From Blastocatellia bacterium (GTDB lineage: Bacteria > Acidobacteriota > Blastocatellia > UBA7656): a stretch of DNA of 64,000 nt. The notes below the pieces were generated by a model, which made no database searches, had not been told where the DNA came from, and was given only the letters and a program-made list of their open reading frames with translations. The DNA is taken from positions 768,001 to 832,000 of the forward strand of contig CAVXWP010000008.1 of the NCBI GenBank assembly GCA_963765495.1, read 5' to 3'. The position numbers were made by a program, and so were the translations under genes. Shown here in pieces: positions 49,922 through 59,816 of the stretch (the stretch's first letter is position 1; every line of letters begins with the position of its first letter).

Positions 49922-52066
49922 GTGAACTACACTCAAGAAATCTCAGCAAAGTTAAGCGTGCGTCCGGCCCAGGTTGCAGCCGCCATCGAATTGCTCGATA
50001 CGGGTAACACTCTGCCTTTTATCGCCCGCTATCGCAAAGAAGCAACTGGCGGGCTGGATGAAGAACAGTTAAGACAGTTGATCGCGCTGCTCGATCATCT
50101 GCGCGCGCTCGATGAGCGCCGACAGACTATCCTCGCCTCGATTGAGGAACAGGGCAAGCTCACGCCCGAGCTTCGTCGTCAGTTGATTGAGGCCGATACG
50201 CGAACTGCCCTCGAAGACCTTTATCTGCCCTACAAACCCAAACGCCGCACACGCGCAAGCATCGCCCGCGAGAAGGGACTGGAACCACTGGCCGAACTCA
50301 TACAGAAACAACCCGTCACTCGCCTGAGCGAAAAAGAACTGGCCGCGCCGTTTGTAAAGGGAGAGGTCGCAAACACAGACGATGCGCTCGCGGGCGCACG
50401 CGACATCGTAGCCGAAAACATAAGCGACAGCGCGGGCGTTCGTCATCGGGTACGCGAAAAGGCCTTTCGTTGGGGATCGTTGCGGTGCAGGAAGATTCCC
50501 TCTGCCAAAGACGAACGCGCGGTCTTTGAAATTTATTATGAATTCGATTGTCGCATTGATCGTTTGCGGCCTCACCAGATTCTTGCAATAAATCGCGGCG
50601 AGAGTGAAAAGGTTCTTCGCGTTCACATGGAGATTCCCGAACGCGACTGGCAACAGGCTATCTCTTCGGAGTTCCGCCCCGATAATCGCTCGCCGCTGGC
50701 AGAGCAGATGGAGATGGCCATAGATGATTCGGCATCGAGACTGCTTTTGCCCGCGATAGAGCGCGAAGTACGGCGTGATCTTTCCGAGCGCGCAGAGGCT
50801 CACGCAATCGACGTTTTCGCAAACAATCTTCGCGGCCTTTTGAGCCAGCCGCCAATGGTCGGCCACACGGTTATGGGGATTGATCCGGGTTTTCGCACGG
50901 GCTGCAAAGTGGCTGTGATCGACCCCACGGGCAAGGTTTTGGATTCCATCACCACCTATCCGCATCAACCGCAAAAGCAGTGGAACGCCTCACTCGATGT
51001 TCTCACAGGGCTGGTAAAACGATTTGGTGTTTCGTTGATCTCAATAGGCAACGGGACCGCTTCGCGCGAAACCGAACAACTCGTCGCCGAACTCATTCGT
51101 ATCAACTCACCAGTCAAAGGCGAGGCCCTACATTACCTTACCGTGAACGAAGCAGGGGCAAGCGTCTATAGCGCAAGCCCTCTTGCCCGCGCCGAATTGC
51201 CCGATCTGGACGTCTCTATGCGCGGGGCAGTTTCAATCGCAAGGCGAGTGCAGGACCCTCTTGCCGAACTCGTAAAGATCGAACCGAAGGCGATTGGTGT
51301 GGGCCTCTATCAGCACGATATCAATCAATCTGAGCTTGCCTCTGCGCTTTCCGGCGTTGTCGAAAGCGCGGTGAATCAGATAGGCGTGGAAGTAAACACG
51401 GCATCGCCTTCGCTGTTGTCCTATGTTGCGGGAATAGGGCCGAAGCTGGCGGAACGCATCGTTGCATACCGGGACGAGAACGGGCCTTTTCCGAGCCGCA
51501 AAACGATCATTAAGGTGCCGGGTCTTGGCCCGAAAGCATTCGAGCAGGCGGCCGGTTTCCTGCGTATCCGCGATGGGGAAAACCCTCTCGACCGAAGCGC
51601 AATCCACCCGGAAAGCTACAGTGTCGCAAGCAATATCTTGAAGCGCGCGGGGTTGAGCCTGCGAGCCGACCCGGCCTTGCGTGAGGCTGCGATTGAAAGA
51701 CTGCAATCCGAACGACCTATCGAAGAAATAGCCGCCGAGATGAGAACAGGCGTCCCGACTTTAAGCGATATCTTCGAACAACTGATCCGACCGGGCCGCG
51801 ACCCCCGCCAGGATTTGCCCGCGCCGATACTGCGAAGCGATGTGCTTTCAATGGATGACCTCCAGCCGATGATGAGACTAAACGGGACGGTCCGCAACGT
51901 AGTAGATTTCGGCGCGTTTGTAGATATCGGCGTAAAGCAGGACGGCCTGCTGCATCGCAGCCAGGTTCCGAGAGACGTATCGCTCAGTGTGGGCGATGTG
52001 ATCGAAGTTATCATCTTGCAGGTAGAGGCGGGGCGGGGCCGCATCTCGCTGGGCTGGCCCGGGTGA
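49922..52066 (+). CDS. tex: Tex-like RNA-binding transcription accessory protein
   Basis: PFIARYRKE.TG, GIDPGFRTGCK, EAGASVYSAS and HhH repeats, with a C-terminal S1 domain; probable GTG start at 49922. Confidence 0.93.
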   Translation: MNYTQEISAKLSVRPAQVAAAIELLDTGNTLPFIARYRKEATGGLDEEQLRQLIALLDHLRALDERRQTILASIEEQGKLTPELRRQLIEADTRTALEDLYLPYKPKRRTRASIAREKGLEPLAELIQKQPVTRLSEKELAAPFVKGEVANTDDALAGARDIVAENISDSAGVRHRVREKAFRWGSLRCRKIPSAKDERAVFEIYYEFDCRIDRLRPHQILAINRGESEKVLRVHMEIPERDWQQAISSEFRPDNRSPLAEQMEMAIDDSASRLLLPAIEREVRRDLSERAEAHAIDVFANNLRGLLSQPPMVGHTVMGIDPGFRTGCKVAVIDPTGKVLDSITTYPHQPQKQWNASLDVLTGLVKRFGVSLISIGNGTASRETEQLVAELIRINSPVKGEALHYLTVNEAGASVYSASPLARAELPDLDVSMRGAVSIARRVQDPLAELVKIEPKAIGVGLYQHDINQSELASALSGVVESAVNQIGVEVNTASPSLLSYVAGIGPKLAERIVAYRDENGPFPSRKTIIKVPGLGPKAFEQAAGFLRIRDGENPLDRSAIHPESYSVASNILKRAGLSLRADPALREAAIERLQSERPIEEIAAEMRTGVPTLSDIFEQLIRPGRDPRQDLPAPILRSDVLSMDDLQPMMRLNGTVRNVVDFGAFVDIGVKQDGLLHRSQVPRDVSLSVGDVIEVIILQVEAGRGRISLGWPG

Positions 52067-52071
52067 GGCTG

Positions 52072-53533
52072 TTATCTGTCGTATCGGCGCAATCCTATGA
52101 GTTTCATTGCTCGTGGAATTTCTGAATTCTGCATGAACCAGCGCCATACGTTGCCCGTCCGCAAATTCTCGGCGCTCAATAATGTGATGCCTATATCAAT
52201 GCCTATCACATCAGGGTTTACCCATCCCGTATTAGGATTGAAAGCATCCGTGAATCCATAACGGCCATAGATGCGATCTCCAAATCGTTCACGCATGGCT
52301 TGCAATGCCGGGATACAGATATCGGGCGTGAACATCAGAGAACCGCCTGCGGCGCACGGAACAACCGTCCCGTCAATGGCCGGGTTTCGCGGAGGCCCGC
52401 CCCATGCTAGATAACCGTGCGCGCTGTCGGAGGCTGTGATGCCCCAGATATTTTCAGAATAGCCGGGGAATTCGTCAGACAGGTCCAGGCAGAATTGTCT
52501 GTGTGCGCGAGTCGCTATTATCGAGTTTTGGAAATAATCGGTAAACGGCGGCTTTTGCTCTCGGCGGTTACGATAATCTATCCACGCATGCGAGTACTGA
52601 TGGATAAAGAGCGGCGCACCGCTGCTCAGATAAGTAAAGCCCGCGTAGTTGATCCATTCGTGGTACCAGGCATACCACGCGTTTTTGTTTATCGGATGAG
52701 TAGGCGACGCGATTGCAAGCAGGTATATGATCTTGTCTTCGCTATAGGTGTCCCAGTAAGACTTTATAAAACCGGATTCGGGGTACCAGCCGTGACACAG
52801 CAGCGCCGGGTGCCCGTTCTGCATCCACTGAAAATCCACACGTTCATATATCTCGGTCGCAAACCGGCGAATCTCCCTGTCATTTCGGAACCTCTGACGC
52901 GCTGTAAGCACACCCCCAAGCAGGAGCGCCGTGTCAATCGAAGAGACTTCGCTTTGCCATCTCCTCTCTCCAGTCACCGAATCCATCCAGTGATAAAACC
53001 ATCCGTGTTCGTGCGCAGCGCGTTCGGCAAAGAATCGCAAAGTGGCGCGCACCCTTTCACGGATTTCCGATTCCGGCTGCCAGCCACGCTCCGCGGCTAT
53101 TGAAAGCGCGGTCAACCCAAACCCGGTCGCGGCTATGCTCGCTACCGTTCGATGATTCTCATCCGAAGGCTGACCGTCGGTCTTTGATCTGTCCAGTACG
53201 AGACCGGTATTGGGATCGCCTTGCTCCCAAAAATATAGGAACGCGCGTTTTGATAAGTCCTCTCAGAAATGCCTCGTCATCGGGTGACAATGCATGTTGA
53301 GTTGGGGTTGAGAAAATGTCGATTGCTAAAGCGAAGATGAGCGAAGTGATGATGATAATCCTGAGCAAAACCAGGACACTTGAAATAGGCCGGGACGGAC
53401 GCGGATCGGGCGGATTTACGCGGATTAGACCAATTAGAGACCGATCCGTGTAGATCCGTCGCATCCGCGTCATCCGTGGTCTATTCCTGTTTCCCTTACC
53501 AAAAAATACTGATCTATCAGCTTCCTGCGGCAT
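52072..53533 (-). pseudogene. Glucoamylase-like/GH144 (beta-1,2-glucanase-like) gene split by a +1 frameshift near 53263
   Basis: Removing one base joins LSPDDEAFL to EDLSKRAFLYFWEQ...ASIAATGFGL and on to SSIDTA, PLFIHQYSH, WGITASD and YGF.DAFN. Could be a sequencing error; start uncertain. Confidence 0.75.
53380..53486. repeat. GCGGAT hairpin of the MITE-associated family
   Basis: TTGAAATAGGCCGGGACGGACGCGGATCGGGCGGATTTACGCGGAT is nearly identical to 18778-18823; the right arm is diverged. Confidence 0.85.
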
Positions 53534-53536
53534 GAA

Positions 53537-55771
53537 TCATTTCTCGATCACTTCAAAGCCACCAGTTATTCCATCGACTGAGTTTGTGCCTACGGTAACA
53601 TTGAACTTGCCGGGCTCGACCATAAATTTCATCTCTCGATTGAGAAAGCCCAGTTCTTTGGGCGCGAGCGTAAACTGAATTCGCCGCTTCTCTCCCGCCT
53701 TGAGCGTCACTCGCTCGAACCCTCGCAATTCCTTCACTGGTCGGGTCACGCTCGCTGCTTCGTCTTGAAGATAGAGTTGCACAACCTCATCGCCTGCGCG
53801 CTTACCCGTATTCTCGATTTCAACGCTCACCGTCACGCTTCCATTTGGGGCGATGGTTTGCGCGCTTAGTCGCAGGTCAGAAAGCTTGAACTGTGTATAG
53901 CTCAGACCATACCCGAAAGGATAGAGAGGCGTCACCGGCACATCGAGATACTTGGATGTGTATTTGTTGTTTGGATCAGGCGGACGGCCTGTGTTCTTGT
54001 GAGCATAATAGAGTGGCAACTGCCCCACGGCTCGCGGGAAAGTCACGGGCAATTTCCCGCCGGGATTTACATCGCCAAACAACACATCGGCAATGGCGTT
54101 GCCCGCCTGTGTACCGGCAAACCATGTTTCGAGGATTGCCGGGGTATTCTCTGCAATCCAGTTTATCGTCAGCGGTCGCCCGTTCATCAAGACTACAACG
54201 ACAGGCTTCCCCGTAGCCTTTATTGCCTTGACCAGATCAAGCTGGCGGCCCGGCAAATCGAGCGAGGCCCGTGATGAAGCTTCGCCGCTCATCGCGGCCG
54301 ATTCGCCTACGGCAAGAATAGCCACATCGGATTCGCGAGCAACCCGAACGGCTTCGTCAAAACCCGCGTCGGAATCGCCGGTAAATTCGCATCCTTTTGC
54401 AAAAGTGACCTTTGTAGTCGCGGGAACTTTTGCCTTGATTCCGGCCAGAAGAGTTACGGCATCCTCCTTCCTTCCATCGCCGGTCCACGACCCCATCATG
54501 TTTTCCTGATCGTCACCGAGCGGACCTATCACGGCTATCGAACGGACGTTTTTGCTAAGAGGTAGAGTCTCGCCCTCGTTCTTTAAGAGCACCATCGAGC
54601 GCCCGGCGATCTCGCGCGCGGCTGCCAGGTTCTCACGGCTCAGGATGACCCTGCTCTCTCGCGCTTCATCGGTGTAGGGATTGTCGAAAAGGCCCAGGCG
54701 AAATTTGATCCTCAAGACTCGCCTAACGGCTTCATCAATTGTAGCCATTGAGACCTTACCCCGCTTGATCTGCTCGGGCAAAGTAGTGTTATAGAGACGG
54801 CTGACCATCTCCATATCGACGCCCGCGTTGATCGCGTAGGTGGCCGCTTCACTTCCGTCGGCGGCAAGTTTATGGTTTATGAGTTCCCTCACCGACTCGT
54901 AATCGCTCACAACGATGCCGTCAAATTTCCACTCGTTTCTAAGCACCTCGGTCAGCGTGAAAGGGTTTGCCGAAGCGGGCACACCGTTCAGATCGTTGAA
55001 TGCGCTCATAAAGGTTGCGACACCCGCATCAACGGCCGCCTTAAACGGGGGAAAATAGACTTCGCGCAATCTCCGCTCCGACATGTCTACTGTGTTGTAA
55101 TCGCGTCCGGCCTCCGCCGCGCCGTATGCGACCCAGTGCTTCGCACAGGCGAGCACTCTTTCAGGATCGCTGTAATCCGCTCCCTGAAAACCCCGCACCT
55201 GCGCTCGCGCCATCGCGGCTCCAAGATAGGGGTCTTCGCCTGCGCCTTCGACGATGCGCCCCCATCGGGCGTCACGGGCAATGTCTACCATAGGCGCAAA
55301 TGTCCAGCGTACGCCCGCCGCCGAAGCCTCCGCAGCCGCGATTTGAGCCGCGCGCTCTACTGCCGCCGGGTCCCAGCTACTGGCCGAGCCAAGCGGGACG
55401 GGGAAGACAGTCCTGTACCCGTGAATCACATCGAAGGCAAACAGAAAAGGTATTTTCAAACGCGACTCTTCGACCGCTATTCGCTGAAGTTCGTTTGTCT
55501 TCTTTGCGCCGCGCACGTTTAGTGTGGAACCGAGCAAGCCCTTGCGGATGAGATCGGGATGTTCGGGTCGATAATTGCCGTTTGCCTCGCCGTCCAACTG
55601 CTGAAGCTGTCCCAGCTTTTCTTCGAGCGTCATCCGTGCAAGCAATTCATTTATCTTTTTTTCCACATCCGGCTTTGATTGCAGCGATGCGGACCGAGGC
55701 AGCGCAACCACAATCAGAATCAACAATGCAATCGTAATAGATCGAAAAACTAAGGGGGAATCCGTCCTCAT
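53537..55771 (-). CDS. bglX: GH3 beta-glucosidase (BglX-like)
   Basis: DVIHG, APMVD..RD.RWGR..EG.GED, KHW, VSDY and YPFGYGLSY motifs with an Fn3 domain; start at MRTDSP. Confidence 0.92.
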   Translation of the reverse strand: MRTDSPLVFRSITIALLILIVVALPRSASLQSKPDVEKKINELLARMTLEEKLGQLQQLDGEANGNYRPEHPDLIRKGLLGSTLNVRGAKKTNELQRIAVEESRLKIPFLFAFDVIHGYRTVFPVPLGSASSWDPAAVERAAQIAAAEASAAGVRWTFAPMVDIARDARWGRIVEGAGEDPYLGAAMARAQVRGFQGADYSDPERVLACAKHWVAYGAAEAGRDYNTVDMSERRLREVYFPPFKAAVDAGVATFMSAFNDLNGVPASANPFTLTEVLRNEWKFDGIVVSDYESVRELINHKLAADGSEAATYAINAGVDMEMVSRLYNTTLPEQIKRGKVSMATIDEAVRRVLRIKFRLGLFDNPYTDEARESRVILSRENLAAAREIAGRSMVLLKNEGETLPLSKNVRSIAVIGPLGDDQENMMGSWTGDGRKEDAVTLLAGIKAKVPATTKVTFAKGCEFTGDSDAGFDEAVRVARESDVAILAVGESAAMSGEASSRASLDLPGRQLDLVKAIKATGKPVVVVLMNGRPLTINWIAENTPAILETWFAGTQAGNAIADVLFGDVNPGGKLPVTFPRAVGQLPLYYAHKNTGRPPDPNNKYTSKYLDVPVTPLYPFGYGLSYTQFKLSDLRLSAQTIAPNGSVTVSVEIENTGKRAGDEVVQLYLQDEAASVTRPVKELRGFERVTLKAGEKRRIQFTLAPKELGFLNREMKFMVEPGKFNVTVGTNSVDGITGGFEVIEK

Positions 55772-55789
55772 AGTTAAGGCCCTTTTTAA

Positions 55790-55920
55790 GTGAGGCGTGA
55801 TGCGTTCACGTGAAGCATGATGCGTGATGCGTGATTTAGCAGGCTTGCAATTTATCTTTAACAGGCGATCTGCCTGAAAGTCACGAATCACGAATCACGC
55901 TTCACGCTTCACGCTTCACG
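55790..55920. repeat. Inverted heptamer arrays, (GTGATGC)-like and (TCACGAA/TCACGCT)x6
   Basis: Left arm 55790-55835, right arm 55881-55920; lies between the TBDR and bglX genes. Confidence 0.85.
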
Positions 55921-55922
55921 GT

Positions 55923-58900
55923 TTAGAAACTGAACCGCGCCTGAAACTCTATAACGCGGCCTGACAATCCGGCATTAGCGCGGCCGAAATTGGGGCTCTC
56001 TATTCTAGCCTCAGCAGATCCGAACCCGAATGGTGTGAGGTTCAGGCTGTTGAAAGCGTTGAAGAAATTGGCGCGAATTTCGAGATTCGCACCTTCACCA
56101 AGCCCCAGATAATTGGGAAGACCTGTCTGCTTTACGAGGCTGAAGTCGACTGCGGAATACTTCGGCCCCCGGAATGAGTTGCGCCCGATGCCCGGGCGAC
56201 CCGTCGCGCTAATATCAAAGTATTGAGTGCCCCCGCCGGGGAAGTTCCCACCCACTCTGATAAAAGCATCATCGCTGCTATCGTCGAGCGCCCCTCCGAA
56301 ATACCGTATCGGTCGGCTTGGCGAAAGCGAAGGCCCGCCCGGCGTGCTTACGGCAAGCCCGGTCACAGGCGTCCACGGAAATCCTGTGTGCGCCGTAAAG
56401 ACGCCGTTTAGCTGCCACCCGCCAAATGCCCGCCCGATCCAGTCTTTGCGACCCCGAAAGATGGGCAGATCCCACAACCCCGAAAGGTTGAAATAATGCG
56501 TGACATCGAAATCCGAAGGGCCGCGCTCCGTGCTCTGATCCTGTGGAAATGTCTGGTTCGTAGGCGCTCCCGGTCCTCCGTACGAGAGCGTGTCAATGCT
56601 CTTGCTCCATCTGTAATTGGCGTTGAACTGGAAGCCCTCGCCGAATTTCCTCTGTAATCCGAGCAGCATCGCGTTGAAACTCGAGTTCACGTCATCGGTA
56701 GGGAAGTAGACGGCAAAGAACTTCGGATTATTTGCGTAGAGGAAATTCTCATTCACGATGCGGATCAGCTTATGCGCGGCGCTCCCCTGATACCCGACCG
56801 AACCGGCCAATCGGAAAGGCATCTGGAACTGGACTTCGAGCGAGTAGAGGTGAGCGTAGGAATCTCTCAAGTCCGGCTCGGCTCCGTAAATCTCCGCTGC
56901 GCCTACAGCCGGGCCTCCCGATACAGGATCAATCCCCTGCGCGAGCACAGGGTTTATCGGGAAACTGAACGGCGAATTGCTCGACCCGAGCGCAAACAGT
57001 ATCTGCCCGTTTACAAAAGGCGAGCCGAAATCGGTTGGGGCGGTCCCACAGCAAATGTTGTAGCGTGTGAAGAACGGAGGATTGCCTCGCGTGTTTGTGA
57101 ACAACACGTTTGGTATTCGGTTGTAGGCAAGCCCGTATCCGCCGCGAACTACAACTCTATCCTCGAACCTCTTTGGGCTCCAGGCAAACCCGAGTCGCGG
57201 AGCGAAGTTGTTTCGATCAGGGTTGTACAGTCGGTCAGATACTTCCACGCGCGATGACTGCAAATCGCCGGGCGCAGGGAATACGAGGTTCGCGATGCGG
57301 CCCCGCTTCTCCGTAAGCGGAGAGAAATACTCGTAACGCAGTCCTAAATTTAGTGTAAAGTTTGGCTTGATCTTCCAGTCGTTCTGGACAAAGCCCGCGT
57401 AATAGCTCGTCCGAAAATATCGTTGAGCATCGGCTGGTTCGCCCGTCCGGGGATCAAGGTTTATGGCTTCAAAGATCGGGGTGCCGTTTGCGAGATTGAA
57501 CAGACCCGAGAATGAAAAGAGCGGGCGAGCACCGCCGACAAGCGCGTTGTTGTCCTGTTCTTTCCTGATAACAACACCAAACTTCAAGGCCTTGTTTCCA
57601 ATCACCCAGCTTAAGACATCGTTGAACTCATAGGTGTTCTGCGCGAATATTCCCGGTGTGCCTTCTGAGCGGTCGGCCCCGAATCTGATGCGATCAAACG
57701 GCAACCCTTCCACCTCTATGCGCGGTATGCCGAAATTCACATCCGAGTTTGTCTGGACCTGATTTGTCCCAAAGCGCGTGAAGTTGAACCGCGCTTCGTT
57801 AAGAATCGTGGGCGCGATGATACGAGTAAAGTTCGCCATCGCGGCAGAACTGAGCGGCTGAAAATTCAAATCCGCAAGCGGGCGCGCTCGTCCCGCCGCA
57901 TCGCTCGAAACGTTGTTGAGCTTGGTGAAATACGTGCTCGCGGCAAACGAACTGTTTCCCCGGCTGTAGTCAATACGGGTGTTGTATTGATTGCCGCTTT
58001 GCGAAACAGGATTTGCGATGCGGGCAAACAGGATGTCGGGGATGCCATCAAACCCTCCCCCGGTGGGGTTTCCGAGGCTGACATACTGACCAGTTGCGCC
58101 GGTAAGCGAACCTATATCGAGCCCGCCCGGAACTACGCGGCAACGGTTTGGGTCATTGCCAAAGACCGAGCAATCGGAAGGCAGAACGCTTATGATGCGA
58201 GGCTCTACGCCGGGCGTCTGGAAAATCTGAGCAACCGCGCTGCCGGGTCTCTGATTTATCACAAGTTGCCTGTATTCGGGAGTCTCTATATAGGAATCAA
58301 AGGTGTTATTGGTTTTGTTTCGCAGCCCTTCATAGGAGAAGAAAAAGAAGAGCTTCTCTTTGAGGATAGGTCCGCCGAGGCTTCCGCCAAACTGACGGAA
58401 GCGGTTTTCCACACGCGTGGGCGGCGCGTTTATCAGGGGGTTGCCCGTCACGCCTCCGTATTTGTTAAAGGCATTCAAGGCCGGGTCGTTGTATTTGAAA
58501 AGTGCGCTTCCATGAAATTCGTTGGTTCCATTCTGGGAAACCACCTTTATCTGCGCGCCTGAATTTCGCCCGTCCTCAGCCGAATATGAGCTTGATATTA
58601 CGCGAATCTCTTTGACAGATTCCTGATTGGGAGTAACAACAGCCGCGCCGCCAAATCCGAGGCTGTTGACGCTGACTCCGTCTATTTGATAGTTGTTTGC
58701 CGAAACCCTCTGGCCGTTGGCGCTGATCGGGACCTGGTTTTCGGTTTGAAAAATTGACAGGTTCGATCCGCCCGGTCCCGTCGTATTGGGCAGATTGACC
58801 GCCTGCCCGCTTCCATTGCGCGCACCGCTGCCGAACACGCCGGGGGTAAGTCTGAGCAGTTCATAAGGGCTGCGACCTACCTGCGGAATGCGGCGGATCT

Positions 58901-59336
58901 CATCATTTGTGATGGCTCCGGTTATGTTTGCCGATTCGGTTTGAAGCGGCTGAGTCGTATCGGCCGTGATCGTCACGGTTTCAGAGACTTCGCCCGCCTC
59001 AAGCGCAAGGTCCACGCCCTGCGGCGCTTCGGCGCGAAGTACAATGTTTTCAAGGGTCTTTTTTCTAAACCCCGCAAGCTCGGCGCTGACGGTATAAGTG
59101 CCGGGCGGAAGCCCCGTGACTCGATAAAACCCGTTATCACTCGTAGTGACCGATTGTTGCTTGTTTGTCTCCTGATTTGTTACCGTGACGGTAGCGCCGG
59201 AAACTACGGCCCCGGCATTATCGGTAACCGTCCCCTGTATGCTCGCGTTGAACTGGGCGCTTGCGGTAGCGGCAAGCCAGAGCGCGATCATTGCGCAGGC
59301 TGTGATATGTATTAGAAATGAGCGTGTTCTATTCAT
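55923..59336 (-). CDS. Oar-like TonB-dependent receptor with carboxypeptidase-regulatory domain
   Basis: Signal peptide, GTVTD..GAVV, GTNEFHG, LNLGLRYEY and NNFAPRLGFAW motifs; C-terminal RFSF. Confidence 0.92.
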   Translation of the reverse strand: MNRTRSFLIHITACAMIALWLAATASAQFNASIQGTVTDNAGAVVSGATVTVTNQETNKQQSVTTSDNGFYRVTGLPPGTYTVSAELAGFRKKTLENIVLRAEAPQGVDLALEAGEVSETVTITADTTQPLQTESANITGAITNDEIRRIPQVGRSPYELLRLTPGVFGSGARNGSGQAVNLPNTTGPGGSNLSIFQTENQVPISANGQRVSANNYQIDGVSVNSLGFGGAAVVTPNQESVKEIRVISSSYSAEDGRNSGAQIKVVSQNGTNEFHGSALFKYNDPALNAFNKYGGVTGNPLINAPPTRVENRFRQFGGSLGGPILKEKLFFFFSYEGLRNKTNNTFDSYIETPEYRQLVINQRPGSAVAQIFQTPGVEPRIISVLPSDCSVFGNDPNRCRVVPGGLDIGSLTGATGQYVSLGNPTGGGFDGIPDILFARIANPVSQSGNQYNTRIDYSRGNSSFAASTYFTKLNNVSSDAAGRARPLADLNFQPLSSAAMANFTRIIAPTILNEARFNFTRFGTNQVQTNSDVNFGIPRIEVEGLPFDRIRFGADRSEGTPGIFAQNTYEFNDVLSWVIGNKALKFGVVIRKEQDNNALVGGARPLFSFSGLFNLANGTPIFEAINLDPRTGEPADAQRYFRTSYYAGFVQNDWKIKPNFTLNLGLRYEYFSPLTEKRGRIANLVFPAPGDLQSSRVEVSDRLYNPDRNNFAPRLGFAWSPKRFEDRVVVRGGYGLAYNRIPNVLFTNTRGNPPFFTRYNICCGTAPTDFGSPFVNGQILFALGSSNSPFSFPINPVLAQGIDPVSGGPAVGAAEIYGAEPDLRDSYAHLYSLEVQFQMPFRLAGSVGYQGSAAHKLIRIVNENFLYANNPKFFAVYFPTDDVNSSFNAMLLGLQRKFGEGFQFNANYRWSKSIDTLSYGGPGAPTNQTFPQDQSTERGPSDFDVTHYFNLSGLWDLPIFRGRKDWIGRAFGGWQLNGVFTAHTGFPWTPVTGLAVSTPGGPSLSPSRPIRYFGGALDDSSDDAFIRVGGNFPGGGTQYFDISATGRPGIGRNSFRGPKYSAVDFSLVKQTGLPNYLGLGEGANLEIRANFFNAFNSLNLTPFGFGSAEARIESPNFGRANAGLSGRVIEFQARFSF

Positions 59337-59816
59337 TTGCTGTAACCTCCTACTCCTGAAGTCCATTCCCACAAATGAGTTCGAGAGATTTTGTCGGACT
59401 GTTCCTTACATCAGGTAAGATCAGGGCGGCAACTCTGTATGGGCGAGGCTAACGCTGTCAAAATTGGGGGAGAAGGCGAAAAGCTTTTCCTCAATCAGCG
59501 CAGACTACTCGATGGCATCCCCGCAGAACTTTATTCTGAAACACTCGAACAAGCGTAGTATCAACGATTTAATGCAGCTATCCCGGTTATACCACCGGGT
59601 CTCGAGAGTGTCAAGGTGGCACCTCTCCGCCCTGCAAACCCGGCTTGATTTGAATAATGCAATGTGAGAAACTCCCGCCATGCTGCACAAGACATGTCGG
59701 CGTAATAGATAAAAGGACGGGTGTGCACACCTGTCGCCAGTATGTCAGCTATCATACAGAGTTTTTTGAAGTTTCGTTTCGGGCGCGGCAATAATTTCAG
59801 TTAAGGGAGAGAGACT

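Noticed and set aside
55772-55891. N-terminal extension of BglX (SRITHHASR...) in the ORF track
   Set aside because: It is a translation of the heptamer repeat; the signal peptide begins at 55771.
59340-59810. Small ORFs or operator sites in the divergent TBDR-SSS intergenic region
   Set aside because: No convincing coding signal or clear palindromic operator could be supported by eye.
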